A model generated the notes under the pieces. It was not told the origin of the DNA and did not search any database. It was given only the letters and a program-made list of their open reading frames with translations. The translations under genes and the position numbers were made by a program. Shown here in pieces: positions 38,368 through 47,491 of a stretch of 64,000 nucleotides of DNA; the first letter of the stretch is position 1; each line of letters begins with the position of its first letter. The DNA is from an archaeon (GTDB lineage: Archaea > SpSt-1190 > DYHY01). Where the stretch lies: positions 17,573-81,572 of the forward strand of contig JAZDJS010000015.1 in NCBI GenBank assembly GCA_043803745.1, written 5' to 3'.

Positions 38368-38409
38368 TATGCTTCCCTTAAACTAGTATAAAATCATATG
38401 TTTTTGCTG

Positions 38410-38832
38410 TTGATATCATTGACATCAATGATATCAATCTCATATTAGTGACATTGGATTGAATCTCGGGTAACAAAAGACCCCTCACATACCACCCTCT
38501 CGAAAATTGTAGTGGTTACACATACCTAACATACCTATATGCCCACAAGCTATCGCAACTTCAAACACATAAAAAGTCTCTAACATTTCATCTGTTTTTT
38601 TCGTATTTGTACTGCTTTCAAGGCCAAATGATGGGTTGACGGGCAGTTGATTGATTGTTTGCGGGCATTCCCTCAAGTTAGTATTGATATCATTAATGTC
38701 ATTCATTTTATTGATGTCAATAACCTCATTGACTCAGAAAAAAGGCAAAGTATAAATACTTTTCCACATTTTTAATGTCAATGACCTCATTGATATCAAA
38801 AACTTTTTGATGTTGAAATAGGATTAACCTCA
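38410..38832. repeat. Phased arrays of 9-bp units (consensus WTRAYRTCA/WTRACCTCA)
   Basis: 3 units at 38410-38436, 6 at 38684-38736, 3 at 38772-38798, 1 at 38824-38832. Confidence 0.85.
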
Positions 38833-38847
38833 ACAACAACAATTAGC

Positions 38848-39195
38848 TTAAATTCTCTCAAAGGATAGCCCCCTACCGTTACGGAAATCGACATAAACGC
38901 GGTTCGCTCGTTTTTTTAAGCTTTCCTTGTCGAAAATGACCCTTTCGCAGCCGGGCTTCCCTTCGGAAGCCCGTTCAAACACAATCTCTCGAAAAGAAGC
39001 ACATTCTGGAACTATGTGTTTGGAAGCAATATCTTTTTCAATGAAGAGCTGCGAATGAAGGAAAATAAGATCCTCCACAAAATTGCCACCGATGCAGAAA
39101 CATGATTTTCTAAACCATTTGGGCGCTTTGGGAGCGAGTTCACGTTCTTTCATCCAATCAGTCAATTTCCGAGCTTCCAAACTAAAGAAAGACAA
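38848..39195 (-). CDS. Hypothetical protein, possibly the 3' part of a frameshifted gene
   Basis: 115-aa ORF; a TATA box near 39310 precedes a short upstream ORF in another frame (MDETVGTEK..PVVFL*). Confidence 0.35.
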   Translation of the reverse strand: MSFFSLEARKLTDWMKERELAPKAPKWFRKSCFCIGGNFVEDLIFLHSQLFIEKDIASKHIVPECASFREIVFERASEGKPGCERVIFDKESLKKRANRVYVDFRNGRGLSFERI

Positions 39196-39340
39196 CGGGA
39201 GGACTCAAACCGACGGGTCCCTGATGTGTTACTTCAAGAAAAGTAAGCGTTTTTTCAGTTCCAACAGTTTCGTCCAATCAGATCGCGTTTCGACAGAATA
39301 ACAGCCCTTTTTATAGTCGTCTTCAGACCTTGAAAGCAAA

Positions 39341-39416
39341 TGGTAGCCCCAGGCAGATTCGAACTGCCGTCCCAGGCTCCAGAGGCCCGTATCCTTGACC
39401 GCTAGACGATGGGGCT
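39341..39416 (-). tRNA. tRNA-Gln(CTG), CCA encoded
   Basis: AGCCCCA/TGGGGCT acceptor stem (A1-U72), anticodon loop CT-CTG-GA, GTTCGAATC T-loop. Confidence 0.95.
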
Positions 39417-39829
39417 TTCCCAGATTTCGCAAGGCGCCAACCTCTTTAATAAATCTTTGCCCCAGTCAAGACACATATTCGAAAACTTCGTTTAGTATTG
39501 GAGAGGGGTGGCCATAATATATGTTTGGAAAATGTCAAATGAAACTAAGCATCCCTTGACAATTAACGTAACCATTGTATCGGAGCCGACAGGTTGCAAA
39601 TAATTCAACAACAAACTGTTATAATTTACCCTAGTATGGTATAAAAAAATATGGTTTTCCAGTCCTAATAGGGCGAAATATCTACCTTCAAGCACCTGAA
39701 GGCGCTGTTTATTTGTTTTGTGGGCTAATATCTTGACCCTTGGGTTGGTTCGTGTCACTCAATAACGGCCTCCCTTAGATACCCCGAGGCCTGCCCCCGG
39801 TTGGAAGCTTCATTTTGGATGAGAACCCA

Positions 39830-40201
39830 TCATCCCCGCGCAAATCTGCGCCATTTCTCAGCTTTTTCTTCAAGTTTATTTGCGAAATTATGACTTAGGA
39901 AATATCCGGAATATTTGCTTTCCCGGTCAATTAACCCCCCACGCTCAAGCGTTGAAACAATTCGATATATTGTCGCCCTTGGCCCCTGAACCTTGAGCTC
40001 CGAAGCAAACATTTGTCTGCCTGATCTTGAGTAGCATCCCGCAGCTTTCATTTCAAGTATTATCTGTATTGCAATCTCAACCTGGCTTTTTGCAACGAAA
40101 TCCTCCAGAAGCAGTTTCAGGAAGTCTCGATTTCCTGAAAAGCCATCCGTATCGGTTTTCTGAGACGAACGTTCAGTTTCCAAGAAAACACCCTCTTCCA
40201 C
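39830..40201 (-). CDS. Winged-helix domain protein
   Basis: MFASEL..PRATIYRIVSTLERGGLIDR..YFLS. Confidence 0.7.
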   Translation of the reverse strand: MEEGVFLETERSSQKTDTDGFSGNRDFLKLLLEDFVAKSQVEIAIQIILEMKAAGCYSRSGRQMFASELKVQGPRATIYRIVSTLERGGLIDRESKYSGYFLSHNFANKLEEKAEKWRRFARG

Positions 40202-40416
40202 AAACAGACCATTTCCATATTTTTGAGACGAATATATATGTCTGCAGTTGAAGCCCCATCATTTGCCAAACCCTCCTGAAAAGAATGAAATCGCCTGTTT
40301 TTCGAGCATCGTCTCAGCTAACCGGGATTGGACTATTTATTCATTGACCAGAGCATTCCTCTAATATTTCAAAAAAAGAAAAAGCCTAAAAGCAACAACT
40401 TGTCATAAAAAGCAAC

Positions 40417-40845
40417 ATGTCAACAACAGATTTGCCAATTTCTGAAATAACCATCAGGAAGTTCGAACGGCCCGAGAATATTGACAAAAAAGTGCTAATA
40501 AGGCGATTTTGCATTTCCCTTGGTTTGATAAATTCAGGAGATAATCGTGCTGGCTGCGTTGACGTTTTTGAGGTAATTTTCAATTCAAAAGAACCTTTAA
40601 GTGCCGAAGAAGTGTTTGAATCGCTTGGGAAGAAACTTGCACTCTCAGGAATACGTCGGCATTTGCGGAGGCTTGAAAGAATAAGGATTTTGGAACACCG
40701 AAACTCCAAATATCAGATAGCGGAAGGTCGAAATCTCTCTTATTGCCTGAAATACGTTGTGAAGGACTACTTGATTGAAGACATTTTTAATCGGATATCA
40801 GAATACGGCGAAAAGCTTCAAAATTTGCTCGATTCGGAGAAATAA
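40417..40845 (+). CDS. Winged-helix domain protein (uncharacterised archaeal family)
   Basis: PISEITIRKFERP..FCISLGL..LSAEEV..SGIRRHLRRLE..YQI. Confidence 0.75.
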   Translation: MSTTDLPISEITIRKFERPENIDKKVLIRRFCISLGLINSGDNRAGCVDVFEVIFNSKEPLSAEEVFESLGKKLALSGIRRHLRRLERIRILEHRNSKYQIAEGRNLSYCLKYVVKDYLIEDIFNRISEYGEKLQNLLDSEK

Positions 40846-40847
40846 GG

Positions 40848-41135
40848 TCACAGTTTGTCGAATGAGATATATATCCCTTCCATAGAATGTGCTATTTCTT
40901 CCCCGAATTTCGTCAAAATAACGTGTTTTATGCGCCCTTTTTTCTCGAATTCAACAAGCCCCAGTTTCTTCATATCCTGGAGAATCCGGACGCAATGGGA
41001 ATACGTGCAATCAGCTTCCTTCGCAAGAATCGAGGCATATTTCTTCAGCCCCTTCAGTTTCGTTATGATTCTCGCCGGTTTGTCATGCAGAAACATTAGC
41101 TCGAGATCTTTTCTTGCCCCCATTGCCATTTTCAA
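40848..41135 (-). CDS. MarR-like winged-helix protein
   Basis: YASILAKEADCTYSHCVRIL..GLVEFEKKGRIKHVILT..G. Confidence 0.85.
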   Translation of the reverse strand: MKMAMGARKDLELMFLHDKPARIITKLKGLKKYASILAKEADCTYSHCVRILQDMKKLGLVEFEKKGRIKHVILTKFGEEIAHSMEGIYISFDKL

Positions 41136-41237
41136 TAAACCCCCAAATTCTCCTATATTCTAAAAGATTGTGACAATCACTATATAACCGTTTTGATGCA
41201 ACCATTGAGTTAGTATATTTTTACTGCAAGGATGATA

Positions 41238-42296
41238 TTAAAAATACCACTTCAGCGCAATGTTCTTTATTATCTCCATCAAAAAGGTGAAGATTAGTCC
41301 CATAATCACAGAGGTAACAAGATTTGTCAACCCAAGAGTGGGCTCTAAAAAGTAGCTCGCAGCAGACTTAAGGACCCAAACGGAAACCCCGACAAGCACC
41401 CCTGTGTTGATGTAATGGAGCATAAGAGAGAAATTTGGGAAGGAATCAATCGTTTTCCCGGAAACAACTGAAATGGCCGCCATCAGGAAGAAGAACAGCG
41501 AGCCGTAGAGGAACGAGAAAACCGTGTTGACAATGCTGGTGCTCCCCGCCATCTGCTCGAGTCCTTTGTAAATCGCGACGCCAACCATTACAAGGGAGAC
41601 AACATACGTAAGCAAGGAAAACCTCATGAACTTGAAGGATGTCTTGAAATCGTTCACGAACCCGAGAACCGCGCTTTCAAGCTGGAAACCGCGTAGGAGC
41701 AGATAGCCGCCGACAACGGCAAAAATTATCCGCCAGCCGGACATTCCGAAAAGGGCAAGCATTATTGCGACAATTCCCGGAACGCCAAGGACAAGCCGCG
41801 CCATTTCCTTGTCCTTCGTTATCTTCTTCAACCAATCCATTGCCGTGTAATAGGTGTTTTCAAGCCGCTCCGCCTGTTTCACTACAAGACGCCGTATCCC
41901 AGTTATCTTAATCCTCGACTGCAGGAGCGGAAGGACCTGGTCGTCCTCGGCGCCGTCAGTCACGAGGATTGCGCCGCTGTATTTTCCGCCTTTCAGAACG
42001 TGTTCAATTTGCTCGGAAACGATTCTGTCAGAAGCAACCCCGACCTTGACCGAGCCAGTGACAACCGCAACCTCGCCCTTGACCTCCTTTGCGACCCGGA
42101 CCGCCTCAAACATTGTGTTTGAATCGTTGTCAGCGGGGTCCGCCAGGGAAAGGGCAATAGCAGCTTCAAGAACCTTTCTTTCCCCGACAATTGGGCCGTC
42201 AAACTGGGTCTTCCTGCCGAGATCGTCGTCCCTATCGACGCACATTACAATGAGCCGGTCGCTGATTTTTTCACTCTGTTGCCGCAAAATTAACAT
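41238..42296 (-). CDS. DUF373 family membrane protein
   Basis: CVDRDDDLG, DPADNDSN, TDGAEDD, VVKQ..LE.TYY, C-terminal TMs. Confidence 0.88.
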   Translation of the reverse strand: MLILRQQSEKISDRLIVMCVDRDDDLGRKTQFDGPIVGERKVLEAAIALSLADPADNDSNTMFEAVRVAKEVKGEVAVVTGSVKVGVASDRIVSEQIEHVLKGGKYSGAILVTDGAEDDQVLPLLQSRIKITGIRRLVVKQAERLENTYYTAMDWLKKITKDKEMARLVLGVPGIVAIMLALFGMSGWRIIFAVVGGYLLLRGFQLESAVLGFVNDFKTSFKFMRFSLLTYVVSLVMVGVAIYKGLEQMAGSTSIVNTVFSFLYGSLFFFLMAAISVVSGKTIDSFPNFSLMLHYINTGVLVGVSVWVLKSAASYFLEPTLGLTNLVTSVIMGLIFTFLMEIIKNIALKWYF

Positions 42297-42504
42297 CCTC
42301 TTTGGTTATAGTTTTCCGCTTGCCAATCCCGGCGAGCACCCCGGACTTTGCAGCCAGCCTCTTCGCAGTTTGTTCAAGGAAGTTGTGAAGTTCCTCGACG
42401 GATTCCCGTTCGAACCGCGCCCTGCCCGCCTTTCTCATGAGCCTCACGACGCCCGCTCTTGGAAGAAGTCCCTTTTCTCTTGAATCGGAAGAACCGCCAG
42501 CCAT
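42271..42504 (-). CDS. Archaeal histone
   Basis: LPRAGVVRLMRKAG..R....A...KRKTITKEDV histone fold. Confidence 0.88.
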   Translation of the reverse strand: MAGGSSDSREKGLLPRAGVVRLMRKAGRARFERESVEELHNFLEQTAKRLAAKSGVLAGIGKRKTITKEDVNFAATE

Positions 42505-42617
42505 TCCGCCTCTGTGCAGGCCTTCTTTTATTTAATTTTGTGTTTTCTGGCGATTTTATCGGAAAACCGTCCAATTGACGGTCACCATTATAAAATAGTC
42601 CTTCGATTCATACGGCA

Positions 42618-43460
42618 ATGCCTGTGATTTCCCCTCCAACGGACCGGGAAGAATATCTCCGCGCCTATTACAACGCCATGAAACCCGAGGAAGTTGAGTT
42701 TCTCGAATCCCTTGAACAGACCGGAGACGGCGACCCAATAGACGTCCGGAACGCAAAGCTAGCATTTATTGCGAACCACTACTTCAATTTCGAGTTCAGG
42801 ACTTGCAGCGCATTCAGACGGGGATATTTTCTTCTCGAGGAGTTGGACGAGACGGTAAAGGGAATTGACCTTGCCCCTTTTTTGAGAAGAAATAAAAAAG
42901 ACGGTTTCAAGCCAGATTACCCCAAATACTCTATCACGTCAATTCGGGTTTCTCCGGAAGGGCGCAAATCCGATGACTGCTGGAAGGGTCCCAAATGCCC
43001 CGACCGGGTGCAAATCCTGCCAGACGGGACACACCTCGTCCACAAATATTACATCGACGCGCCAGCGGGATTCGAGGTGTGTTTTTCCGGAGAGCCGATA
43101 TGCTACGCTTCCTTTTTTCCCTCAAGCGAAGATGCCCTCACAATAAGGCAGCTCCAAGGCGTTCGGTTCATTGACGCCTCTCGGAGAATTTTCCGCGGAA
43201 CGCGCCCCCTTGTCCCATTCAACTACAAAGGGATCCTTCTCGATGTTTCAACCGAAATAGCAAGAGCCCTCGGATATTCCCAGATAGGAATCCAGACGGG
43301 ACAGGCGCATCCCTCAACAAGGCTATTCTATCCGGAAACCGGCGCACCCCACCTCCCTCTTGAGAACGCTCTGCGAATATACGATGCCTTTGCCGAAGCA
43401 AATGGTTTCGAGCAGGGACCGGATTCCAACTGGTACAGATCCCTTGCACAAACGGGCTAG
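42618..43460 (+). CDS. Hypothetical protein, possible VirK/DUF535-like GNAT fold
   Basis: LTIRQLQG, ARALGYSQIGI, IYDAFAEANGF. Confidence 0.5.
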   Translation: MPVISPPTDREEYLRAYYNAMKPEEVEFLESLEQTGDGDPIDVRNAKLAFIANHYFNFEFRTCSAFRRGYFLLEELDETVKGIDLAPFLRRNKKDGFKPDYPKYSITSIRVSPEGRKSDDCWKGPKCPDRVQILPDGTHLVHKYYIDAPAGFEVCFSGEPICYASFFPSSEDALTIRQLQGVRFIDASRRIFRGTRPLVPFNYKGILLDVSTEIARALGYSQIGIQTGQAHPSTRLFYPETGAPHLPLENALRIYDAFAEANGFEQGPDSNWYRSLAQTG

Positions 43461-43541
43461 CGGCCAAGCCCTCCGGGAATTTGATGCTTTTACAGGAAAC
43501 CTCCAGAAAACAGATAAAAAGGCTGAGAACGGTCGGTGCCC

Positions 43542-44570
43542 ATGCAGGCAGATTTCGAATCGGTTGTTAGGAAGCTTGTGGAGGATTCCCAGCTTCCGAG
43601 GGAAGAGATACTCTCATTAATCGAGGGGAAGAAAAAAGAGCTCCCCGGGCTGATTTCGGATCTCGGGGCAGCCCATATTATCGCTAACGAACTCGGGATA
43701 CAGACGCTCCCCTCATTGAAAACAATCCAGAAAATAGAGGATCTAAAGCCCGGAACCCCCTCGGTCGAGCTCATTGCCCGTGTTTTGCGCGTTTATGAGA
43801 AGCGGGAATTCGACAAGGGAGGTCGAAAGGGACAGGTCGCTTCCCTGCTGATCCTTGATGAAACGGGCACAACCCGCCTTGTCCTCTGGGGAGTTCTCGC
43901 AAACCTGGCTGAAACAGTTACACAAGGGGACATTCTCAAGGTTTCCAACGCATATGTGAAGCAGGATCTGCAGGGGCGTTCCGAGCTTCACGCTTCGAAC
44001 AGGACAAGAGTTGCGCTCAACCCGGAAGGGGAGGGAAAGGATCTCCCTTCAGCGTCTTCAGGACTGGCAAGCGCGGGAACATTTTCAGCAAAGGAGAAAT
44101 ACATTTCCGAGCTTTCAGAAAACGAGACGGCTCAGGTAACCTTCCGCGCAACAGTAATGAAGGTTTTCGACACGCGTTCGCCCTTCTACGAAACCTGCCC
44201 GACTTGCAGCAAGTCAATCAACACCTGCGCCGAGCACGACCACGCGACAACGAAGCGCGCGCTGATACTGAACATCCTTGTCGACGACGGAACCGGGGTT
44301 ATCCGGGCAACCCTTTTCAAGCAGGCTGCGGAAGCGCTCCTTGGGATGAAAACGGAGGAAGCTGAGAAGCTGGCCGACCTTGCCGGCAACCCGCTTGTAA
44401 TCTATGCTGCAACGAACAAGCTTATCGGAACAGAGAGGGTTTTCACCGGTCGCGCCCGCTACAATTCGGTTTTCGAGCGGATGGAGCTTGTCGCAAACTC
44501 CGTCCTGAACGTCGATGTCGCCAGGGAAGTCGAGAAGCTTACGAAGGAACTGGAAGCAACGGCGAAATAA
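43542..44570 (+). CDS. rpa: Replication protein A (OB folds plus Zn finger)
   Basis: GLISDLGAAHIIA, DETGT.RLVLW, CPTC..C..H, DDGTG. Confidence 0.9.
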   Translation: MQADFESVVRKLVEDSQLPREEILSLIEGKKKELPGLISDLGAAHIIANELGIQTLPSLKTIQKIEDLKPGTPSVELIARVLRVYEKREFDKGGRKGQVASLLILDETGTTRLVLWGVLANLAETVTQGDILKVSNAYVKQDLQGRSELHASNRTRVALNPEGEGKDLPSASSGLASAGTFSAKEKYISELSENETAQVTFRATVMKVFDTRSPFYETCPTCSKSINTCAEHDHATTKRALILNILVDDGTGVIRATLFKQAAEALLGMKTEEAEKLADLAGNPLVIYAATNKLIGTERVFTGRARYNSVFERMELVANSVLNVDVAREVEKLTKELEATAK

Positions 44571-44594
44571 GTGAGAAGGGTCATTAACTGAAAA

Positions 44595-45296
44595 ATGGGC
44601 TTGTCCGACGAAATGCGCGAACTTCAGGACCAGATTTACTCGGACTACCGGCTAGGCAGCGACCTAGCAACATTTGAAAGAAGATTCCTTGGAAAAGACC
44701 GAGAAGTCGTGAAATACGGACAAGAATGTCTTTGCATAACTGCCCTGGGAAATGCAGTGGGATATCGCCCCGAAGTTCCCAGCGGCGACTTCCTTCCGGA
44801 AGTAACCGCGCTCATAGATGCAGTTGAAGAATACCGCAAGCCAAGGGAGATAGACCGTTCCGAGATGGATTTCTCATCTTCGTTGATATGCGCTCTCGTC
44901 CATGCCGTTCACGCAGCAAACGCAGATGCGGCCTACTGGATCGAACTGCAAGATGCCCGGGGAGTGGGCCGGACAATACAGCGGGCAAAAAACTTTCAGG
45001 GACGATATCCTAATGAGTTCAGGGAAATGAAGGAAGACGGTGGTTGGGAGGAAATAGGTTATTTTGATTTCGACAAATATTTCTATGCGCTTGCACGAAT
45101 ATGCGCAACGGACTCAAGGAAACTACTTGCAAGCGGATCTAGCGACCGCACGGAAACGGCCCAGAAAGCTCGGGAGCCCACCGAATATTTCAGAGCAATT
45201 GCAAAGACGGCGGAACTGGAACCTCCCGCGGATGCGGTCGCCCTCGTATCAACAGTTGAAGCGGAAATAGCAAAATATCAATTCGCCGGCTTGTGA
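44595..45296 (+). CDS. Hypothetical protein
   Basis: 233-aa ORF between rpa and radA; no motif recognised. Confidence 0.6.
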   Translation: MGLSDEMRELQDQIYSDYRLGSDLATFERRFLGKDREVVKYGQECLCITALGNAVGYRPEVPSGDFLPEVTALIDAVEEYRKPREIDRSEMDFSSSLICALVHAVHAANADAAYWIELQDARGVGRTIQRAKNFQGRYPNEFREMKEDGGWEEIGYFDFDKYFYALARICATDSRKLLASGSSDRTETAQKAREPTEYFRAIAKTAELEPPADAVALVSTVEAEIAKYQFAGL

Positions 45297-45580
45297 AGAC
45301 CGAACTCCGTTCCCGCCGGTTGAGCAAAAGCCGAGTAACGGGCGAGGCCTGGCATCTCCGAGCGCGTAGCCCCTCCGCAGAGAGTCCGTGCCGAAAATAG
45401 AATTTTTCCAAAAACTATGCACCGAAGAGGTCGCTATTCCGGAAAATATACTGTTCTCCGGCAAATCGGCTGAGCAATCATGCAAAGTCGGTATTCGCAA
45501 CCAAACGCCAGACAAAATGCGAATACCGGAAAGGCGCCCTCAGTCTCTATAAATAGAGATTGAGCCCAACCAAAGTTAAC

Positions 45581-46663
45581 ATGGCGAAGAAGACAGCAAC
45601 ATCGAAAGACGAAATAATCGAAACGGTTCCTTCAACGGAAAAAGAGGAAACTGTAGCCGCATCCGAAACAAAGCCCGAGGCAAAAGCGGAAGCCAAAGCA
45701 TCCAAAAAGTCGAAAATAGAATCGGTTGCTGAGCTCCCAGGAGTCGGCGACAAGACAGCCGCGAAGCTTGCGGCGGCTGGGTATGTAGATCTTCTTGCGG
45801 TTGCTGCGGCATCTCCGGCAGAGCTTGCAGCAATAACCGAAATAGGGGACGCAACCTGCGCGAAAATAATTAACTCCGCCCGCGAACAGCTTGAGATAGG
45901 ATTCGAGCCGGCCAGCGAGCTTCTTGAGAAAAGGAAGCTTGTCGGGCGGATAAAGACCGGGTCCAAAACTCTTGACGACCTCCTTGGCGGAGGAGTCCAG
46001 ACACAGGCAATAACGGAATCATTCGCAGCATTCGGGTCTGGCAAGTCCCAGCTAGGGTTCCAGCTCGCGGTTAACGCAACCCTTCCGGTTGAGAAGGGCG
46101 GGCTTGCGGGACAGGTTGCTTTCATTGACACTGAGAACACCTTCCGCCCGGAGAGGATCATCCAGATAGCCGAAGCAAGGGGGGTTTCCCAGGATGAAAT
46201 CCTTTCCAAGATAATAATCGCCCGTGCATATAACAGCGATCACCAAATGCTCCTCGTCGACCAGATTGAGGATATGATAAACAAGGGGAAGAAAATCAAG
46301 CTCATTGTAGTAGACTCCGTCACAAGCCATTTCAGAGCGGAATACCTGGGTCGCGGCACGTTAGCCGACAGGCAGCAGAAGCTGAACCGCCACCTCCACA
46401 GGCTCCAGAGGCTTGCGGACGTCTACAATCTTGTCGTTTACATCACAAACCAGGTTTCCGCAAAGCCGGATTCTTTCTGGGGACCCTCAATCGAGGCAAT
46501 CGGGGGGAACGTCCTGGCCCATGCCGCGACATACCGGCTCTTCCTAAGGAAGTCGAAAGGAACGAAGCGGGTCGCGAAGCTGATAGATTCTCCCGACCTC
46601 CCCGAAGGAGAAGCGGTTTTCCAGGTTACTGAAAAAGGCGTCGAGGATGCGGAAGAAGAATAG
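45581..46663 (+). CDS. radA: DNA repair and recombination protein RadA
   Basis: Hh[44 protein letters not shown]; TATA TATAAATA ~45548. Confidence 0.97.
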   Translation: MAKKTATSKDEIIETVPSTEKEETVAASETKPEAKAEAKASKKSKIESVAELPGVGDKTAAKLAAAGYVDLLAVAAASPAELAAITEIGDATCAKIINSAREQLEIGFEPASELLEKRKLVGRIKTGSKTLDDLLGGGVQTQAITESFAAFGSGKSQLGFQLAVNATLPVEKGGLAGQVAFIDTENTFRPERIIQIAEARGVSQDEILSKIIIARAYNSDHQMLLVDQIEDMINKGKKIKLIVVDSVTSHFRAEYLGRGTLADRQQKLNRHLHRLQRLADVYNLVVYITNQVSAKPDSFWGPSIEAIGGNVLAHAATYRLFLRKSKGTKRVAKLIDSPDLPEGEAVFQVTEKGVEDAEEE

Positions 46664-46730
46664 TCAGGAAGAGAAGATTGCAAAGCCAACAAGCAACCAT
46701 CGAGATGCTAGAAGGTTTCCGCAAGCATGA

Positions 46731-47435
46731 CTACTGATCCGGCGACGGGACAGGATTCGCGCTTTCATCCGTTTTCTCGCCGGAAGAAGCAGCCGGAACC
46801 GGCTCGCTTTCTTTCAGGACCTCTTCAGAGAACGGATTTCCCGGAGTCGGAGGCTCCTCGAAAGGTTCCTGCGGGATTTCCGGAGCCTCTTTCGCACCTT
46901 CCCCAAGCCGCGTGTACTTGTACTTGTTTGTGACAGGATCCCGGAGGCGCGCGACCTTTCCGATTGACCGGAGATGCCGCAGGCGCGCAGCGGTATACCC
47001 GTAGCTTTTCCTGATGTTGTCGGAAATCTCCTCAATTGATTTCGGATAGTCAAGGAACTTGATTACTGCGTTGTCAATGTCAAGATCCTCTATTGTCTTC
47101 CGCGCAAGCTCCCGTTCGTACGGGGTCAGGTTCTCAAGAAGGAGCTGGAGCCGTGAAACACGCGTCCCGTCGTCCGCGAGCGGCTTGAGTTCCTCGTAAA
47201 TTGAGAAAACCCCCTGGAGAATGTAATTTATTTTTTCGGAATCTGAAAGGAACCTCAAATCCTCCCTCGGGAGGCGCCAGTCAGATGGCTTTTGGAATTT
47301 CGGAGGGGTCTGCAGGTGAGGTGGGATTGCGGGCTTTTCAGTTCCCGTAGAAGTAAAAGTGCCGGGTTCACCCTTTCCAGCTCCAGCAGGTTTCTCTTGC
47401 GCCTTCCTCAGACCGAGCCATTCGAGGATTCCCAT
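46731..47435 (-). CDS. wHTH protein with an N-terminal amphipathic peptide and acidic tail
   Basis: MGILEWLGL start; KSIEEISDNIRKSYGYTAARLRHLRSIGKVAR..YKY. Confidence 0.6.
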   Translation of the reverse strand: MGILEWLGLRKAQEKPAGAGKGEPGTFTSTGTEKPAIPPHLQTPPKFQKPSDWRLPREDLRFLSDSEKINYILQGVFSIYEELKPLADDGTRVSRLQLLLENLTPYERELARKTIEDLDIDNAVIKFLDYPKSIEEISDNIRKSYGYTAARLRHLRSIGKVARLRDPVTNKYKYTRLGEGAKEAPEIPQEPFEEPPTPGNPFSEEVLKESEPVPAASSGEKTDESANPVPSPDQ

Positions 47436-47491
47436 ATATTCCCAAATAAGCCCCCTCTGGCTTTTTATATTGTGTCGTTCCTGAAGCTTTC

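Noticed and set aside
38410-38437. 28-bp palindrome as a Xer/dif site (11-6-11)
   Set aside because: Inner arms lack the ATAA/TTAT signature, and the unit recurs in 9-bp phase elsewhere; not fully excluded
38485-38706. 73-aa ORF MNDINDINTN...
   Set aside because: Translation of the 9-bp DNA arrays; no protein features
38368-39340. Integrated element at tRNA-Gln
   Set aside because: No integrase and no duplicated tRNA 3' end seen; low GC extends into core genes on both sides
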